Origin: an uncultured bacterium
GTDB lineage: Bacteria > Planctomycetota > UBA1135 > GCA-002686595
Assembly (NCBI GenBank): GCA_943787795.1
Contig: CALSNU010000006.1
Location: forward strand, 1 to 64,000
Reading direction: 5' to 3'
DNA: 64,000 bases
Position numbers and translations under genes: made by a program
Shown: positions 20,006 to 29,902 of the stretch, piece by piece
Layout: every line of letters begins with the position of its first letter
How positions within the stretch are numbered: position 1 is the first letter of the stretch
The notes under the pieces: model-generated
What the model saw: only the letters and a program-made list of their open reading frames with translations
Told to the model about the DNA's origin: nothing
The model's database searches: none

Positions 20006-20497
20006 TCAGGAGCTCGGACCCTTCACCGGGACATGCTCGCCGACGTCCTCGCCGGGCATCAGCCGGTAGGTGCCCTGGAGGGGCTCCACGAGCTCGTCCT
20101 CGAAGAGTGCCGGGTCGATCCGCGCGCCGGGCCGGCTCGCGATCTCGATCAGGTTCCCATGGGGGTCCCGGACGAACATCTGCATCTTGCCGCCGGGGAG
20201 CGCGCGGACGAGTCCCCAGGGCTTGGTGTCGATGGCGCCGGCCGCCTTCGAGCGCTGGAAGACGGCCTCGAAGTCAGGGAGCTCGAGGCAGAAGTGGCCG
20301 CGGTACGCGCGCGCATCATCCAGCACGTTCATGTGGATCTGCTGGCGGTCGTTGATACGGAAGAACTGCGAGAGCATCCCCTGCTCCGGCGTCGGGTCCA
20401 GGGGGAGCCCGAGGACGTCGCGGTAGAAGGGGATCGCGGTCTCGAGGTCATCCACGTTCACGTTGATGTGGTGGATGTGCGCGTCGTGCTCGCTCAT
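20006..20497 (-). CDS. VOC / glyoxalase family protein
   Basis: IHHINVNVDDLETAIPFYRDVLGL, GHFCL, FVRDPHGNLIEI. Confidence 0.85.
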   Translation of the reverse strand: MSEHDAHIHHINVNVDDLETAIPFYRDVLGLPLDPTPEQGMLSQFFRINDRQQIHMNVLDDARAYRGHFCLELPDFEAVFQRSKAAGAIDTKPWGLVRALPGGKMQMFVRDPHGNLIEIASRPGARIDPALFEDELVEPLQGTYRLMPGEDVGEHVPVKGPSS

Positions 20498-20507
20498 GGC
20501 CGTCGGC

Positions 20508-21398
20508 TCAGCGCTGGATCAGCGGCAGTAGCGTCTCCGAGGCCCGCTCGTAGAGCATCGTGTAGTACTCCTCGGAAAGCAGGCTCGAGCCGTGGTCCTC
20601 GATGAACTTCAGCTGCTCCGGCGAGATGTCCACGGGGTTCTTCTCGACCTGGTTGGTCCAGGGCGAGACCGGCGTCCGGTCGATCGGCGCCACGGCCTCC
20701 ATGGTCAGGGCGCCGTCGTAGCCGATCTCGTCGAGGGTCTTGACGAAGGAGGCCCAGTCAATCGAGCCCATGCCCGGCGCCAGGCGGTTGTTCTCGGCCA
20801 CGTGGACGTCCACCAGGCGCGAGCTGGAGGCGCGGATCGCCGCCAGCATGTCCTTCTCCTCGATGTTCATGTGGAACACGTCGAGGCAGACGCCGCAGTT
20901 GGGGCCCACGGCTTCCGCGAGCGCCATCGCCTGATCGGCGCGGTTCATGAAGTAGGTCTCGAAGCGGTTGAGCGGCTCCAGGGCGAGGCGGACGCCGCGC
21001 TCTTCCGCGAGGGCATAGACCTCCTGCAGGCCCTCGACCACCCAGCTCCACTCTTCTTCTGGGGTGCCATCGGGGGTGACCTTGCCCACGGTGGCGGGGA
21101 CCACGGTGAGCTCGTGCCCCTCAAGCTGGTGGACCATCTCCACGAGGGAGCGCATGTAGTCCACGGTCGCGGCGCGCTGGGCCGGGTCCTTCGCCGCGAG
21201 GTTCCGATCCCCGAGGGTCAGGGTGACCGCGCCCCAGCAGCGGATGCCGTACTGCTTGAGGAGCGGGAGGCACTCCGCAGGGGGGTACTGCCCCGGTTCG
21301 CCGCTGATCTCAATGCTCTCGAAGCCAAGGCGCTTGATCCGCTTGAGGGTGACCTCGAGGGGCTCGGCGCGCATCCAGTTGTGGGTGGAAAGGTGCAT
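20508..21398 (-). CDS. Sugar isomerase/epimerase, TIM barrel (D-psicose/D-tagatose 3-epimerase-like)
   Basis: EPLNRFE, DVFHMNIEE, HVAENNR and TME metal and catalytic motifs. Confidence 0.85.
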   Translation of the reverse strand: MHLSTHNWMRAEPLEVTLKRIKRLGFESIEISGEPGQYPPAECLPLLKQYGIRCWGAVTLTLGDRNLAAKDPAQRAATVDYMRSLVEMVHQLEGHELTVVPATVGKVTPDGTPEEEWSWVVEGLQEVYALAEERGVRLALEPLNRFETYFMNRADQAMALAEAVGPNCGVCLDVFHMNIEEKDMLAAIRASSSRLVDVHVAENNRLAPGMGSIDWASFVKTLDEIGYDGALTMEAVAPIDRTPVSPWTNQVEKNPVDISPEQLKFIEDHGSSLLSEEYYTMLYERASETLLPLIQR

Positions 21399-21518
21399 GG
21401 GCTGATTCTAGGGTCCGTTGATGCTCTCGTCGGGAGCACCTTCCGGGAACGCACATCTGCCTCGCATTCAAGGCTGCTCCTCGCCGGGCGTCGCCGTGGT
21501 TTCCTCCCCGCAGCTTCT

Positions 21519-22550
21519 ATGTCTTCCAACCCTCAACCGCCTTTCGACTCGCAAGCGTCTCCCGGCAGTCCAGCGTCCCCCGGCGCTCCAACGTATCCAA
21601 GCACTGGGGGGGCTCCCGCTGCCACCGTGGCTTCAGCTTCGGACGTCTCCCAGGCGCCTCGTCGAAGGTGGGCGCAATGGGCGGTCGTGGTGGCGACCCT
21701 CTTCGGCGTGTCGCTGGCGATCTATGCGGTCGTTCCCCTCTTGGTCGGTGGCGCCTCGGCCGAGGAGCGGAGGCTCATCGAGGCCGCCTGGGACGCGGAG
21801 GTGGCCTTCGTGCTGGAGGAGACCCTCGTGCCTGAGGGGGTAGGGGCTTCTGGCGGTCCCTGGGAAGGCTCGGACCTTCAGGCTGCGGCGAAGGCGAGTG
21901 ATCCGCAGGAGGTAGATGCGCTCTTCCGCGCCATCGGGTCCGGAGCGTCCTGCCCGGTGCCCACGAGTTGGATGGCCGCCCAGGAGTTCTGGTTGAGCGC
22001 CGGTGGGAACGTGAGCTCTCGGAGCCAGGACGAGGTGCTCGGTGTCCTCCGGCTGACCCGTCGGATAGAGCGGCAGGCGCCGGATCTGTTGACGCTGATG
22101 GCCGCCATGGCGGTGGGCGACGAGGCGTTGAGCTGGGTGCGGGCGAAGAGGCTCGCCGGGCCCGCTCTCGCCAGCCTCTCGGCTCCCGATCCCGAAGAGA
22201 TGTACCGCGCGTTCTGCCGCGAGCAGGTCGCCGTCGTGGCCCAGTTCGGGGCGGTGGAGGCGAGCGGGGAGGCGCTGGACATGACGACCCTGGGGCTCAA
22301 GGTGGCCAGCCTTGGGGAGGCTCGCCGGCTACGAGAGGCTCTCGCTGATCCGACCCGCCGCGGCGGGAGCTCGCCGGCCCCTGTCCCGGCCCCGGGCAGA
22401 CTGGCGGTTTGGCGAGCCTTGTGGCTTCAGCGACCAGCTGAACTGGCGGAGGTCGTGTTCACGCCCCTGATCACCAGCAGCATCTCGGGCGCGGTGGTTG
22501 CGTGGGAGGACCACCTGGCGGAATGGGACGCCGTGTTGAGCGCCCGCTGA
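21519..22550 (+). CDS. Hypothetical protein with one N-terminal TM helix
   Basis: ATG at 21519, Pro/Ser-rich leader, hydrophobic segment WAVVVATLFGVSLAIYAVVPLLV; fills the gap between flanking genes. Confidence 0.6.
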   Translation: MSSNPQPPFDSQASPGSPASPGAPTYPSTGGAPAATVASASDVSQAPRRRWAQWAVVVATLFGVSLAIYAVVPLLVGGASAEERRLIEAAWDAEVAFVLEETLVPEGVGASGGPWEGSDLQAAAKASDPQEVDALFRAIGSGASCPVPTSWMAAQEFWLSAGGNVSSRSQDEVLGVLRLTRRIERQAPDLLTLMAAMAVGDEALSWVRAKRLAGPALASLSAPDPEEMYRAFCREQVAVVAQFGAVEASGEALDMTTLGLKVASLGEARRLREALADPTRRGGSSPAPVPAPGRLAVWRALWLQRPAELAEVVFTPLITSSISGAVVAWEDHLAEWDAVLSAR

Positions 22551-22620
22551 GCGGAGGCGACGGGGCCATGTCTGCAGCGACCAAGGGCTCACGGAGCGGT
22601 CCGTGAGAGCGGTGCAGAGA

Positions 22621-22658
22621 GCGGGCGGGGGGCCGCACCATGTGCAGCCCCCGCCCGC
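22621..22658. terminator. GC-rich hairpin between convergent genes
   Basis: GCGGGCGGGGGGCCGCAC-CAT-GTGCAGCCCCCGCCCGC inverted repeat; no U tract. Confidence 0.55.
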
Positions 22659-22685
22659 GGTTCGAGGTCGCGCTCGCGTGTTGGC

Positions 22686-23801
22686 TCAGGGAGCCCAGGT
22701 GATGGCGATACCGTTGGACCAGTTGCCGCCCTGCGGGAAGAAGGTGTCCCGGTGGAAGAACTGGTAGTAGAGGGTGGTGCCCGCCATGGCAGCGCTCTCG
22801 GCGAAGGCCGGGTTGGTGAAGTCGAAGCTGTACTCGGCGCGGTTTGAGGTCGCCTGCACGATTTGGTTCAGGCGCTGGATGCCAGCGCTGACGCAGAACG
22901 TCCCCCCGATGGGCGACGTGTTTGCTCCGCCAGCGGCCGTCGCCTGGACGAAGACGCCGAAGAAGTCCGGGACGTCCTCGGCGACGAGGATCGCGTCGTT
23001 CCGGGAGAGGAACGGCGAGCCCTCGAGGGCCATCTTGCCGCCTGTCGCGCTGACCGAGTTCTCCGAGCCGGGGTCACAGAAGACCGCCGACGAGTACACG
23101 CAGGCTGCGTTGAGCTCGCCGGGGGTGTCCAGGCGGAGGTCGTCGATGAAGAACTCTCCGATTCGGACGTCCTGGGTCGCGCCGCCCGCGGTGCAGCGGT
23201 ACACGTGCGCCGGGGCGAACCCGCCGGCCGGGCCGACGTCGACCGCTGTCGAGAGCGGGGTGACGATGGAGGAGGCGTAGTACTTGTCGCCGGAGGTGGG
23301 GTTCGCCACGAGGGAGATGGCGTCGAGGGCGAAGATCCAGGGAGTGACGTCGAGGACCCCATCGTCGTCGGTGTCCAGGTCATCTCCGTTCGAGCCGGTG
23401 AACCCGACGACGAGCACGTGGGTCACGTTGTCGCCGTTCTCGAAGTTGAGGGAGGTCGTCATGTCCGCGGTCCCGAGGGTGAACGAGCTCTCCGCCGCGA
23501 GGAAGGTGCCGTCCGCGGGCATGACTTGGCCACCGAGGTCGACCACGGACTCGATGGTGCCCGAACCCGTGGAGCCGTCGCCGATCACGAGGTAGGTGAG
23601 TCCGTCGAGGTTGTCGCCCGCGAGCCCGAAGAGCTCGAAGTACTCGTCGGAGTCCGATCCGACCTGGTCGGTTCGGATCTCGTTGATGAAGACCAGGTTG
23701 TTGCCCTGGGCGGTCAGTGCGCGCGGCGCGATCGAGCCGACCTGGGCCGGCGCGACTGCCGCCAGAGCGGCGGCGGAGAGGATGAAGGAAGGGGTACGCA
23801 T
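22686..23801 (-). CDS. Secreted protein: lamin-tail-like (LTD) domain + Cys-bracketed C-terminal domain
   Basis: Signal peptide MRTPSFILSAAALAAVAPAQ; FINEIRTDQ...EYFEL...TPG pattern typical of LTD; ends YQFFHRDTFFPQGGNWSNGIAITWAP. Confidence 0.8.
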   Translation of the reverse strand: MRTPSFILSAAALAAVAPAQVGSIAPRALTAQGNNLVFINEIRTDQVGSDSDEYFELFGLAGDNLDGLTYLVIGDGSTGSGTIESVVDLGGQVMPADGTFLAAESSFTLGTADMTTSLNFENGDNVTHVLVVGFTGSNGDDLDTDDDGVLDVTPWIFALDAISLVANPTSGDKYYASSIVTPLSTAVDVGPAGGFAPAHVYRCTAGGATQDVRIGEFFIDDLRLDTPGELNAACVYSSAVFCDPGSENSVSATGGKMALEGSPFLSRNDAILVAEDVPDFFGVFVQATAAGGANTSPIGGTFCVSAGIQRLNQIVQATSNRAEYSFDFTNPAFAESAAMAGTTLYYQFFHRDTFFPQGGNWSNGIAITWAP

Positions 23802-24218
23802 GGGAGTGTCGTGTGAAGGCCGAGTTGGAGCCCTGCGGGGAATGGGGCCGGACGGAGCCGTTTCCGGCCAACGACCAGTGTTGCTTGAATTCACCGTTTG
23901 CGCTCGGGGGAGAGTCCTGTTGATCTGCGCAGTCGCATATCGGAACGGGGGACTGCCGTCCCGTTGCGGGAGGAAGGCCCCCTCGGGCGCCAGGGACCGC
24001 ATGGGCGGTTGAAGGGGGGGGCTGGCGGGGTCCTTGGTGGGTGGTTCAAACCCATGGAGGCCCCTTGAGCGGAGCCCAGTCCAGGATTCATGGCGGGGCG
24101 GGTCGGACCGCCGAGGCGAGGGCCTCGCTTGGCGCAACCCTCTCCCCTCCCTCCGGCGCGACCAAGTGCCACACCGGAAAGCCTGAGCCGCCGGGAGGTG
24201 GAAGGGCATACTTGTGAA

Positions 24219-27020
24219 ATGAGACCCTTTTGCTTCCTCGCCTCGCTCGCGGCGCTCTCCTGCCTTCTTCTCGCTCCAGTCGCCACAGGGCAACAGGCCG
24301 GAAGCTTCGCCAACGCACGCCAGCGGGCCCTCCCGGGCCTTCTGCCGGCGACCGCCACGGCGAGCTCGCAGGGCGCTGCGGGGGGGCCGGCTCTGGCGGT
24401 GGACGGCGACCTGAACACGCGCTGGGAGTCCGCTCACGGCGTGGACCCGAGCTCCCTCGTGCTGGACTTCGGGGCGCCCTTCGCGCTGGTGAAGACGAGG
24501 ATCCACTGGGAAGCGGCGAACGCAGCGACGTACACCGTGGACGGCTCCCTTGATGGCATCAGCTGGACGACGATCACCTCTCGCTCTGGCGGTGTCTTCG
24601 GCGACAGGCTGGACCGCTTTCGCCTCTCCGGCGTCTACCGCTTTGTGCGGATGAACGGGTTGACCCGCAGCGTCGGGAATGCATGGGGCTACAGCATCTG
24701 GGAGATGGAGGTCTTCGGGGTGCGCCCACTGGACCTCGACGGCGACGGCGTGGATGACAGCATCGACCAGTGCCCCGGGACCCCGGCAGGGGTGACCGTG
24801 GACAGCACCGGCTGTGAGGTCGTCGTCCCGGAGGTCGAGGTCTCGGCGGTGGGCGGGATCCTCGTGGGGGGGCCGGACTCGGCGTTCGCTGGGCACACGC
24901 TCTATGTCTTCGACGGGGACCTCTTGGCGTGGGGTGCAAGCGCCTGCAATGGCGGCTGTGCCGCCGTGTGGCCCCCGTTGCTCTACACGGACGGGGTCCC
25001 TTCCGGGGTCCCGAGCCTCGGCGGCATCGTCCGCGCGGATGGCACCACCCAGGTCGCCTATGAGGGGCGACCCCTGTACTTCTACACCGGTGACGCAGCA
25101 CCCGGCGACACCTCCGGGCAGGGCATCGGGAACCAGTGGTGGCTCGTGCCGTTCACGCAGCTCGTGGTACCGCTCTACGACGCCTCGACGCCGCTGGATC
25201 CCCCGCTCCAGGAGGAGACTCCCGCGGCGCTCATCACCCGCTTCTCGGATCGCGCGCGGGATCGACACGCTCGCGAGGACCAGTTCCAGCAGTACGACCA
25301 CTACCTCGACCATTACTGGGAGCATCGGACGGCTGCGGTGGAGATCGTCGACACGATCGGTAAGGGCGGGAACACCATCACGTTCAACGTCGCCACCCAG
25401 TGGCAGCTCAGTCCGCTCGAGGCGGAGCTGCGCTTCTTCTACCGAGGCATCGGGACCGTGGCGGAGTACCACAACAACGGGGTCATGACGCCCGTGCCGA
25501 GCCAGAACGTCCCGGGCTCCAACGTTCGCCACTACACCCGGAGCCTGAACTTCAACCAGAAGACGGGCGCTCCCCTCCAGGTCGGGGACCGGCTCGAGTT
25601 CGAGCTGAGCCAGTTCCTGAGCGGCGTCCCGAGCGGTCGGAACAACTACTACGGCACGGCGATCCTCTACATCGTGGGCCAGGGCGTCGTCCCCTGGGAG
25701 GCGCGCGGGGTCTTCGGAAACCCCTCCACGGAGCGAGAGGACTCGTTCCCCATGCCCGTCGAGGGGTGGAGCGGCGGCGGCGTCACGCTCCCGTACCAGT
25801 ACTCGGGGGAGCCGGACAACCACTTCATGCAGATGGCGCCGAACCTGGCGCCCATCAACGGCCAACGCTTCGTCGAGGGGCGCCGGGTGCACCACACCGA
25901 CTTCGGTGACGGGAGCCACGACGAGACCGCGGCCAACCCGCCGTTCAACGAGCTCGCCGGGATGCTTGGCGGGCACTACGTCAACCGCTCCTGCGTGGCG
26001 TGCCATGACCGGAACGGCCGGGCGCTTCCCCCCGCGATCGGGCAAGAGCTCTCGAGCTACGTGGTCCACGTCGGGGACGCCAGCGGCGCCCCGCACCCGC
26101 AGCTCGGCTCGGTCCTTCAATCGCGGAACACCGCCGGGGCGCCTGAGGCGCTCGCCATCCTTGGGGGCTGGAACAACGTCCAGGGTCTCAGGGAGCCGGT
26201 GGTCCAGTTCCTCGGGGTGACTCCGACCCACTACAGCGTGAGGATCGCGCCTCAGCTCGTGGGCATGGGGCTGCTGGAGAGCGTGCCGGAGCTCGCCATC
26301 GAGGCGCTGGCCGATCCGTCGGACCTGGACGGGGACGGAATCTCCGGAAAGGTGCGCGTCGTGACAGATCCCGAGACCGGGGTGACCCGCCTGGGCCGCT
26401 TTGGGTGGAAGGGTTCCCAGGCCAGCGTTCGTCACCAGGTGGCCGCGGCGCTCAACACGGACCTGGGCGTGATGACCTCGGTCTATCCCGACCCGGACTG
26501 CGGCCCTCAGCAGGCCGGCTGCGGCCCCTCCGGCGCTGAGCTGGCGGAGGATCACCTCGGCAAGCTCACCGACTACGTCGCCCTCCTCGGCGTGAGCGCA
26601 CGCCGGGACCTCGACGACCCGGCCGCACTCCAGGGGGAGCTGCTCTTCAGCGCTATTGGCTGCGCCGCTTGCCATGTGCCGAGCTTCGAGACCTCCCCGT
26701 TCCACCCGCGCGCGGAGCTGAGGAGCCAGACCATCCACGCGTACACGGATCTCCTGCTCCATGACATGGGCCCTGGGCTCGCGTCCAACCTCCCCGAGGG
26801 CAACGCAGACGGTGCAGAGTGGCGCACGGCGCCGCTCTGGAACATCGGGCTCACCGCTGGCGTGAGTGGCGGCGAGGCTTACCTCCACGACGGGCGTGCC
26901 CGCAGCCTCGAGGAGGCGATCCTGTGGCACGGCGGCGAGGGCGACGCTTCTCGTCAGGCCTACGGGGCCCTGACGGCCCCCGAAAAGAGCGCCGTGCTGG
27001 CGTTCCTCGGGAGCCTTTGA
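24219..27020 (+). CDS. Secreted multidomain protein: F5/8 type C (discoidin) + TSP3-like repeat + Yx(FWY)xxD lipoprotein repeats + di-heme oxidoreductase (DHOR)
   Basis: AVDGDLNTRWES and GYSIWEMEV; DLDGDGVDDSIDQCPGTP; TLYVFDGD...CNGGCAAVWPP...PLYFYTGD; CVACH and CAACH; GRFGWK, YTDLLLHDMG, WRTAPLW, YLHDGRARSLEEAILWHGGE. Confidence 0.85.
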   Translation: MRPFCFLASLAALSCLLLAPVATGQQAGSFANARQRALPGLLPATATASSQGAAGGPALAVDGDLNTRWESAHGVDPSSLVLDFGAPFALVKTRIHWEAANAATYTVDGSLDGISWTTITSRSGGVFGDRLDRFRLSGVYRFVRMNGLTRSVGNAWGYSIWEMEVFGVRPLDLDGDGVDDSIDQCPGTPAGVTVDSTGCEVVVPEVEVSAVGGILVGGPDSAFAGHTLYVFDGDLLAWGASACNGGCAAVWPPLLYTDGVPSGVPSLGGIVRADGTTQVAYEGRPLYFYTGDAAPGDTSGQGIGNQWWLVPFTQLVVPLYDASTPLDPPLQEETPAALITRFSDRARDRHAREDQFQQYDHYLDHYWEHRTAAVEIVDTIGKGGNTITFNVATQWQLSPLEAELRFFYRGIGTVAEYHNNGVMTPVPSQNVPGSNVRHYTRSLNFNQKTGAPLQVGDRLEFELSQFLSGVPSGRNNYYGTAILYIVGQGVVPWEARGVFGNPSTEREDSFPMPVEGWSGGGVTLPYQYSGEPDNHFMQMAPNLAPINGQRFVEGRRVHHTDFGDGSHDETAANPPFNELAGMLGGHYVNRSCVACHDRNGRALPPAIGQELSSYVVHVGDASGAPHPQLGSVLQSRNTAGAPEALAILGGWNNVQGLREPVVQFLGVTPTHYSVRIAPQLVGMGLLESVPELAIEALADPSDLDGDGISGKVRVVTDPETGVTRLGRFGWKGSQASVRHQVAAALNTDLGVMTSVYPDPDCGPQQAGCGPSGAELAEDHLGKLTDYVALLGVSARRDLDDPAALQGELLFSAIGCAACHVPSFETSPFHPRAELRSQTIHAYTDLLLHDMGPGLASNLPEGNADGAEWRTAPLWNIGLTAGVSGGEAYLHDGRARSLEEAILWHGGEGDASRQAYGALTAPEKSAVLAFLGSL

Positions 27021-27166
27021 GCGCCCGCTGAGAGGCCCCCGCCGGACCCGGCAGCCGACAGGACCCCGGGTGGGGTCCTGCTCGGTGGCCTCGCTGGGGA
27101 GCGGGACGCCGGCTCCCCGCTGGGGAGGCGGGCTCCGGGGGGGCAAGGCCGCCCCGCCCGACCCGC

Positions 27167-27850
27167 TCAGGTCCGGGTGTAGACGAAGGTCATGCCGTCC
27201 TCGTAGCTGCAGTCGAAGCCGGCTCCTCCGAAGACCTCGTCCAGCGAGCTCCGGTCGAACAGCGTGTAGCGGCCCTCTGCCACCCCGTCGTTGAATTCGC
27301 GGAAGACGGCCTGCATGACGGGCCAGGTCTCGAGCAGCACCTCCTCGGAGATCCCGAGCACCTCGCGGTTCTCCGAGTAGTACCCCCAGGCGAGCTCCAT
27401 GTCATAGGGCCCTGGCATCTCGTAGATCGCGACATGAGCACCCGTCGACGTGCGTGCTGCGAGCTCTCGCGCGAGCTCGCGGTATCGGTCCATCTCGCCA
27501 AAGAGGCTGTAGAGGGACCTCTGGAAGAGGAACATCTTCTGCTCGGGGAGCTCGGCGAGGAGCGCTCCGTCGAGGGGCGCGTGGACGAGGTTGGCGCTCA
27601 GGGGGAGCCGCGTGGCCGCGATCTCCATCATGGGCGGGGACGGCTCAACGAACGTGAGGTCGACCCATGGCACCCGCACCAGGAGCTCGGCGGTGAACAT
27701 CCCCGTGCCGCCGCCGACATCGGTCACTCGATCTCCTGGACCGAGGAGCGCGGCGGCCACGTCGATGAAGCGCAGGTTCTGGGGGAAGAGGTGAACGTTG
27801 GAGTAGAGGTCGAAGACCTTGGCGTAGTCGTTGTAGCAGTTGGGGTTCAT
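27167..27850 (-). CDS. Class I SAM-dependent methyltransferase
   Basis: VTDVGGGTG motif I and FVEPS motif II; ATGA overlap with the upstream sulfatase. Confidence 0.75.
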   Translation of the reverse strand: MNPNCYNDYAKVFDLYSNVHLFPQNLRFIDVAAALLGPGDRVTDVGGGTGMFTAELLVRVPWVDLTFVEPSPPMMEIAATRLPLSANLVHAPLDGALLAELPEQKMFLFQRSLYSLFGEMDRYRELARELAARTSTGAHVAIYEMPGPYDMELAWGYYSENREVLGISEEVLLETWPVMQAVFREFNDGVAEGRYTLFDRSSLDEVFGGAGFDCSYEDGMTFVYTRT

Positions 27851-29604
27851 GGTCCCACCTCCTCGCCGAACATCTCCTCGGCAAGCACAGCGGTCCCGGC
27901 AAGCACAGTCTCCTCGGCGAGCCTAGGCGCCAGCCGAACCGCCCCGCTCAGCGGCGTTCCGCTCGGCAGCGAATCTCTCAGCGGGCCCCGCATCAAAGGT
28001 GAGCGGGGGAGCACGTCGGAACGCGGAACAGGATCCGTGTCCTCTTGGTCCTTCCTGTCGTCGGTCCCCTTGGCCTCATCGTCCCCAGCCTTGTGGTCAC
28101 CGATCTGATCGTCACCGGCCTCATCGCCTGGAGCGCCATGGCGAGCCGCCATGACCGCGCGTCGCTTGAGGCTCTCCGTGACGGTGCGCTCGAGCGCGAT
28201 GCGTGCCGCCGCGGCTTCCTCCGACAGTCCTGGGGCGCTGAGGAGGTTGACCCGCTCCTGCGGGTCGGAGTCCAGGTCATGGAGCCGGGTCGAGCCGCCG
28301 AAGACGTCCACGTTGAGCTTGAAGCGACCGTCGCTGATGGCGTAGCGGTCCACCTCCGGCCACCGGCCTTGCGGCGGGTTCAGCTGGAAGCGTTCTGCGA
28401 ACACCCAGGTTCGGGCGGGCGCGGTGCGGCCGGTCAGCGAGCCAGCGAAGCTCAGAGAGTCGACGGCCTCACTCCCGGGCTGGGCGCCCATGAGGACGTG
28501 GACCGTGCTGTGGAGGTCGGTGGTGTTCACTAGCGCGCTTGAACCGCGGCCGGGATCGCTCACCGCCGGGCCGGCGACGATCAGCGGGACGCAGACCCCG
28601 TCCTCGAACAGGGATCCCTTGCCGACCCTCAGCGCTCGGTCCGGATGCTGGGCCTTGCTGGCGGTGCCATTGTCGGAGAGGACGATGACGTGGGTGCGGG
28701 CGAGGGTCGCTGGTGGAATGCCGGCGAGGAGACGACCGATCTCTGCGTCGAGCGCATCCACCATGGCCATGAAGTGGGCGCGCGCTTCGGACCTGGGAGG
28801 TCCCTTCAGCGAGCGGCCATGGAGCCCGGGGGGCGGCGCGTGGAAGGGCGTGTGGGCGGCATGGAACGAGGTGATCACGAGCCAGGGGTCTTCACCGAAG
28901 TCGCCGATGGCGGCGAGCGTGTCATCTACCACCGCGCTCGTCGCATACTGCTCCCTGGTGGAGGTCTCGACCGACAGCCCCGTGCGCTCCTGGAAGGCGA
29001 AGTAGGCGTTGGCGCCGCTCTTCTCCCTGAGGTTGCCGCTGGTCCCGCGGAACCGCTCGAAGCCCTGCGCCGCCGGACCTTGGGCCTCCGTGGGCCCGAG
29101 GTGCCACTTGCCGAGGAAGGCGGTCCGGAGCCCTGGCCGTTGGGCGTGGAGGGACTCCGCCAGGGAGACCTCCTCGGGCCTCAGGCCGCCCGCGGCCAGG
29201 GCCTTGACGCTCCCGACCCCTGTGCGGAAGCCGAAGCGGCCCGTGAGGACCGTGGCTCTGGTGGGACTGCACGCGGGGTTGGACCACGCGCGATCGAAGC
29301 GCACGCCGCGTCCGGCGAGGCCGTCGATGATAGGCGTCCGCGCGTCGGGGGCGGCTCCCGGATAGCAGCTGATGGCGTCCTTGCCGATGTCATCGAGGAT
29401 GAGCAGGAGCACATTCTCGGTGGGGATCTCAGCGGGCTCGGTGGGGATCCAAGCGGGCTCGGCGGGGATCTCAGCGGGCGGCCTCCGACTCGCGCCCGGA
29501 GCGCCGTCGACTTGTGGGCGTATGACGTCGGGGCTGGCCGAGCTCTGGATGGTCACCGCTGCGCAGGTGCACGCGAGCCAGAGGGATGTGAGCGAAGGCG
29601 TCAT
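27847..29604 (-). CDS. Cys-type sulfatase with a low-complexity C-terminal extension
   Basis: NVLLLILDDIG, CSPTR, GKWHLG, HAAHTPFH, SDNG, KGSLFEDG. Confidence 0.9.
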   Translation of the reverse strand: MTPSLTSLWLACTCAAVTIQSSASPDVIRPQVDGAPGASRRPPAEIPAEPAWIPTEPAEIPTENVLLLILDDIGKDAISCYPGAAPDARTPIIDGLAGRGVRFDRAWSNPACSPTRATVLTGRFGFRTGVGSVKALAAGGLRPEEVSLAESLHAQRPGLRTAFLGKWHLGPTEAQGPAAQGFERFRGTSGNLREKSGANAYFAFQERTGLSVETSTREQYATSAVVDDTLAAIGDFGEDPWLVITSFHAAHTPFHAPPPGLHGRSLKGPPRSEARAHFMAMVDALDAEIGRLLAGIPPATLARTHVIVLSDNGTASKAQHPDRALRVGKGSLFEDGVCVPLIVAGPAVSDPGRGSSALVNTTDLHSTVHVLMGAQPGSEAVDSLSFAGSLTGRTAPARTWVFAERFQLNPPQGRWPEVDRYAISDGRFKLNVDVFGGSTRLHDLDSDPQERVNLLSAPGLSEEAAAARIALERTVTESLKRRAVMAARHGAPGDEAGDDQIGDHKAGDDEAKGTDDRKDQEDTDPVPRSDVLPRSPLMRGPLRDSLPSGTPLSGAVRLAPRLAEETVLAGTAVLAEEMFGEEVGP

Positions 29605-29902
29605 CGAGGATCGAGTCTCTTCGATTCGGCGCCTGCGTTCCAGCCCTGCTGGCGCTGAAGCCCAAGCCGGTTCCGGCCCCCCCTGCTCCGTGGGCGTCTA
29701 CGGGGGCACGGACGCCCCGTGTCGCCCCGCGCGGCGGCGGCCTGGGCGGATCGAGAGGAGCCCATTTCACGTCTCAGCCTGGCTCACCAAGCTGCCGGCG
29801 AGGGCGTGCGCGCCGGGATCAGTGTTGGTGTTCAATCCGAGCCTCACCCCGCGTGTCCTGGAGGTCGGACCCAGGCGGCTGCGCACGCCTTATATTCAGG
29901 CC

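Noticed and set aside
22686..27146. 1486-aa minus-strand ORF
   Set aside because: Only 22686-23801 looks like a real protein; the rest is the antisense shadow of the DHOR gene, as expected at high GC.
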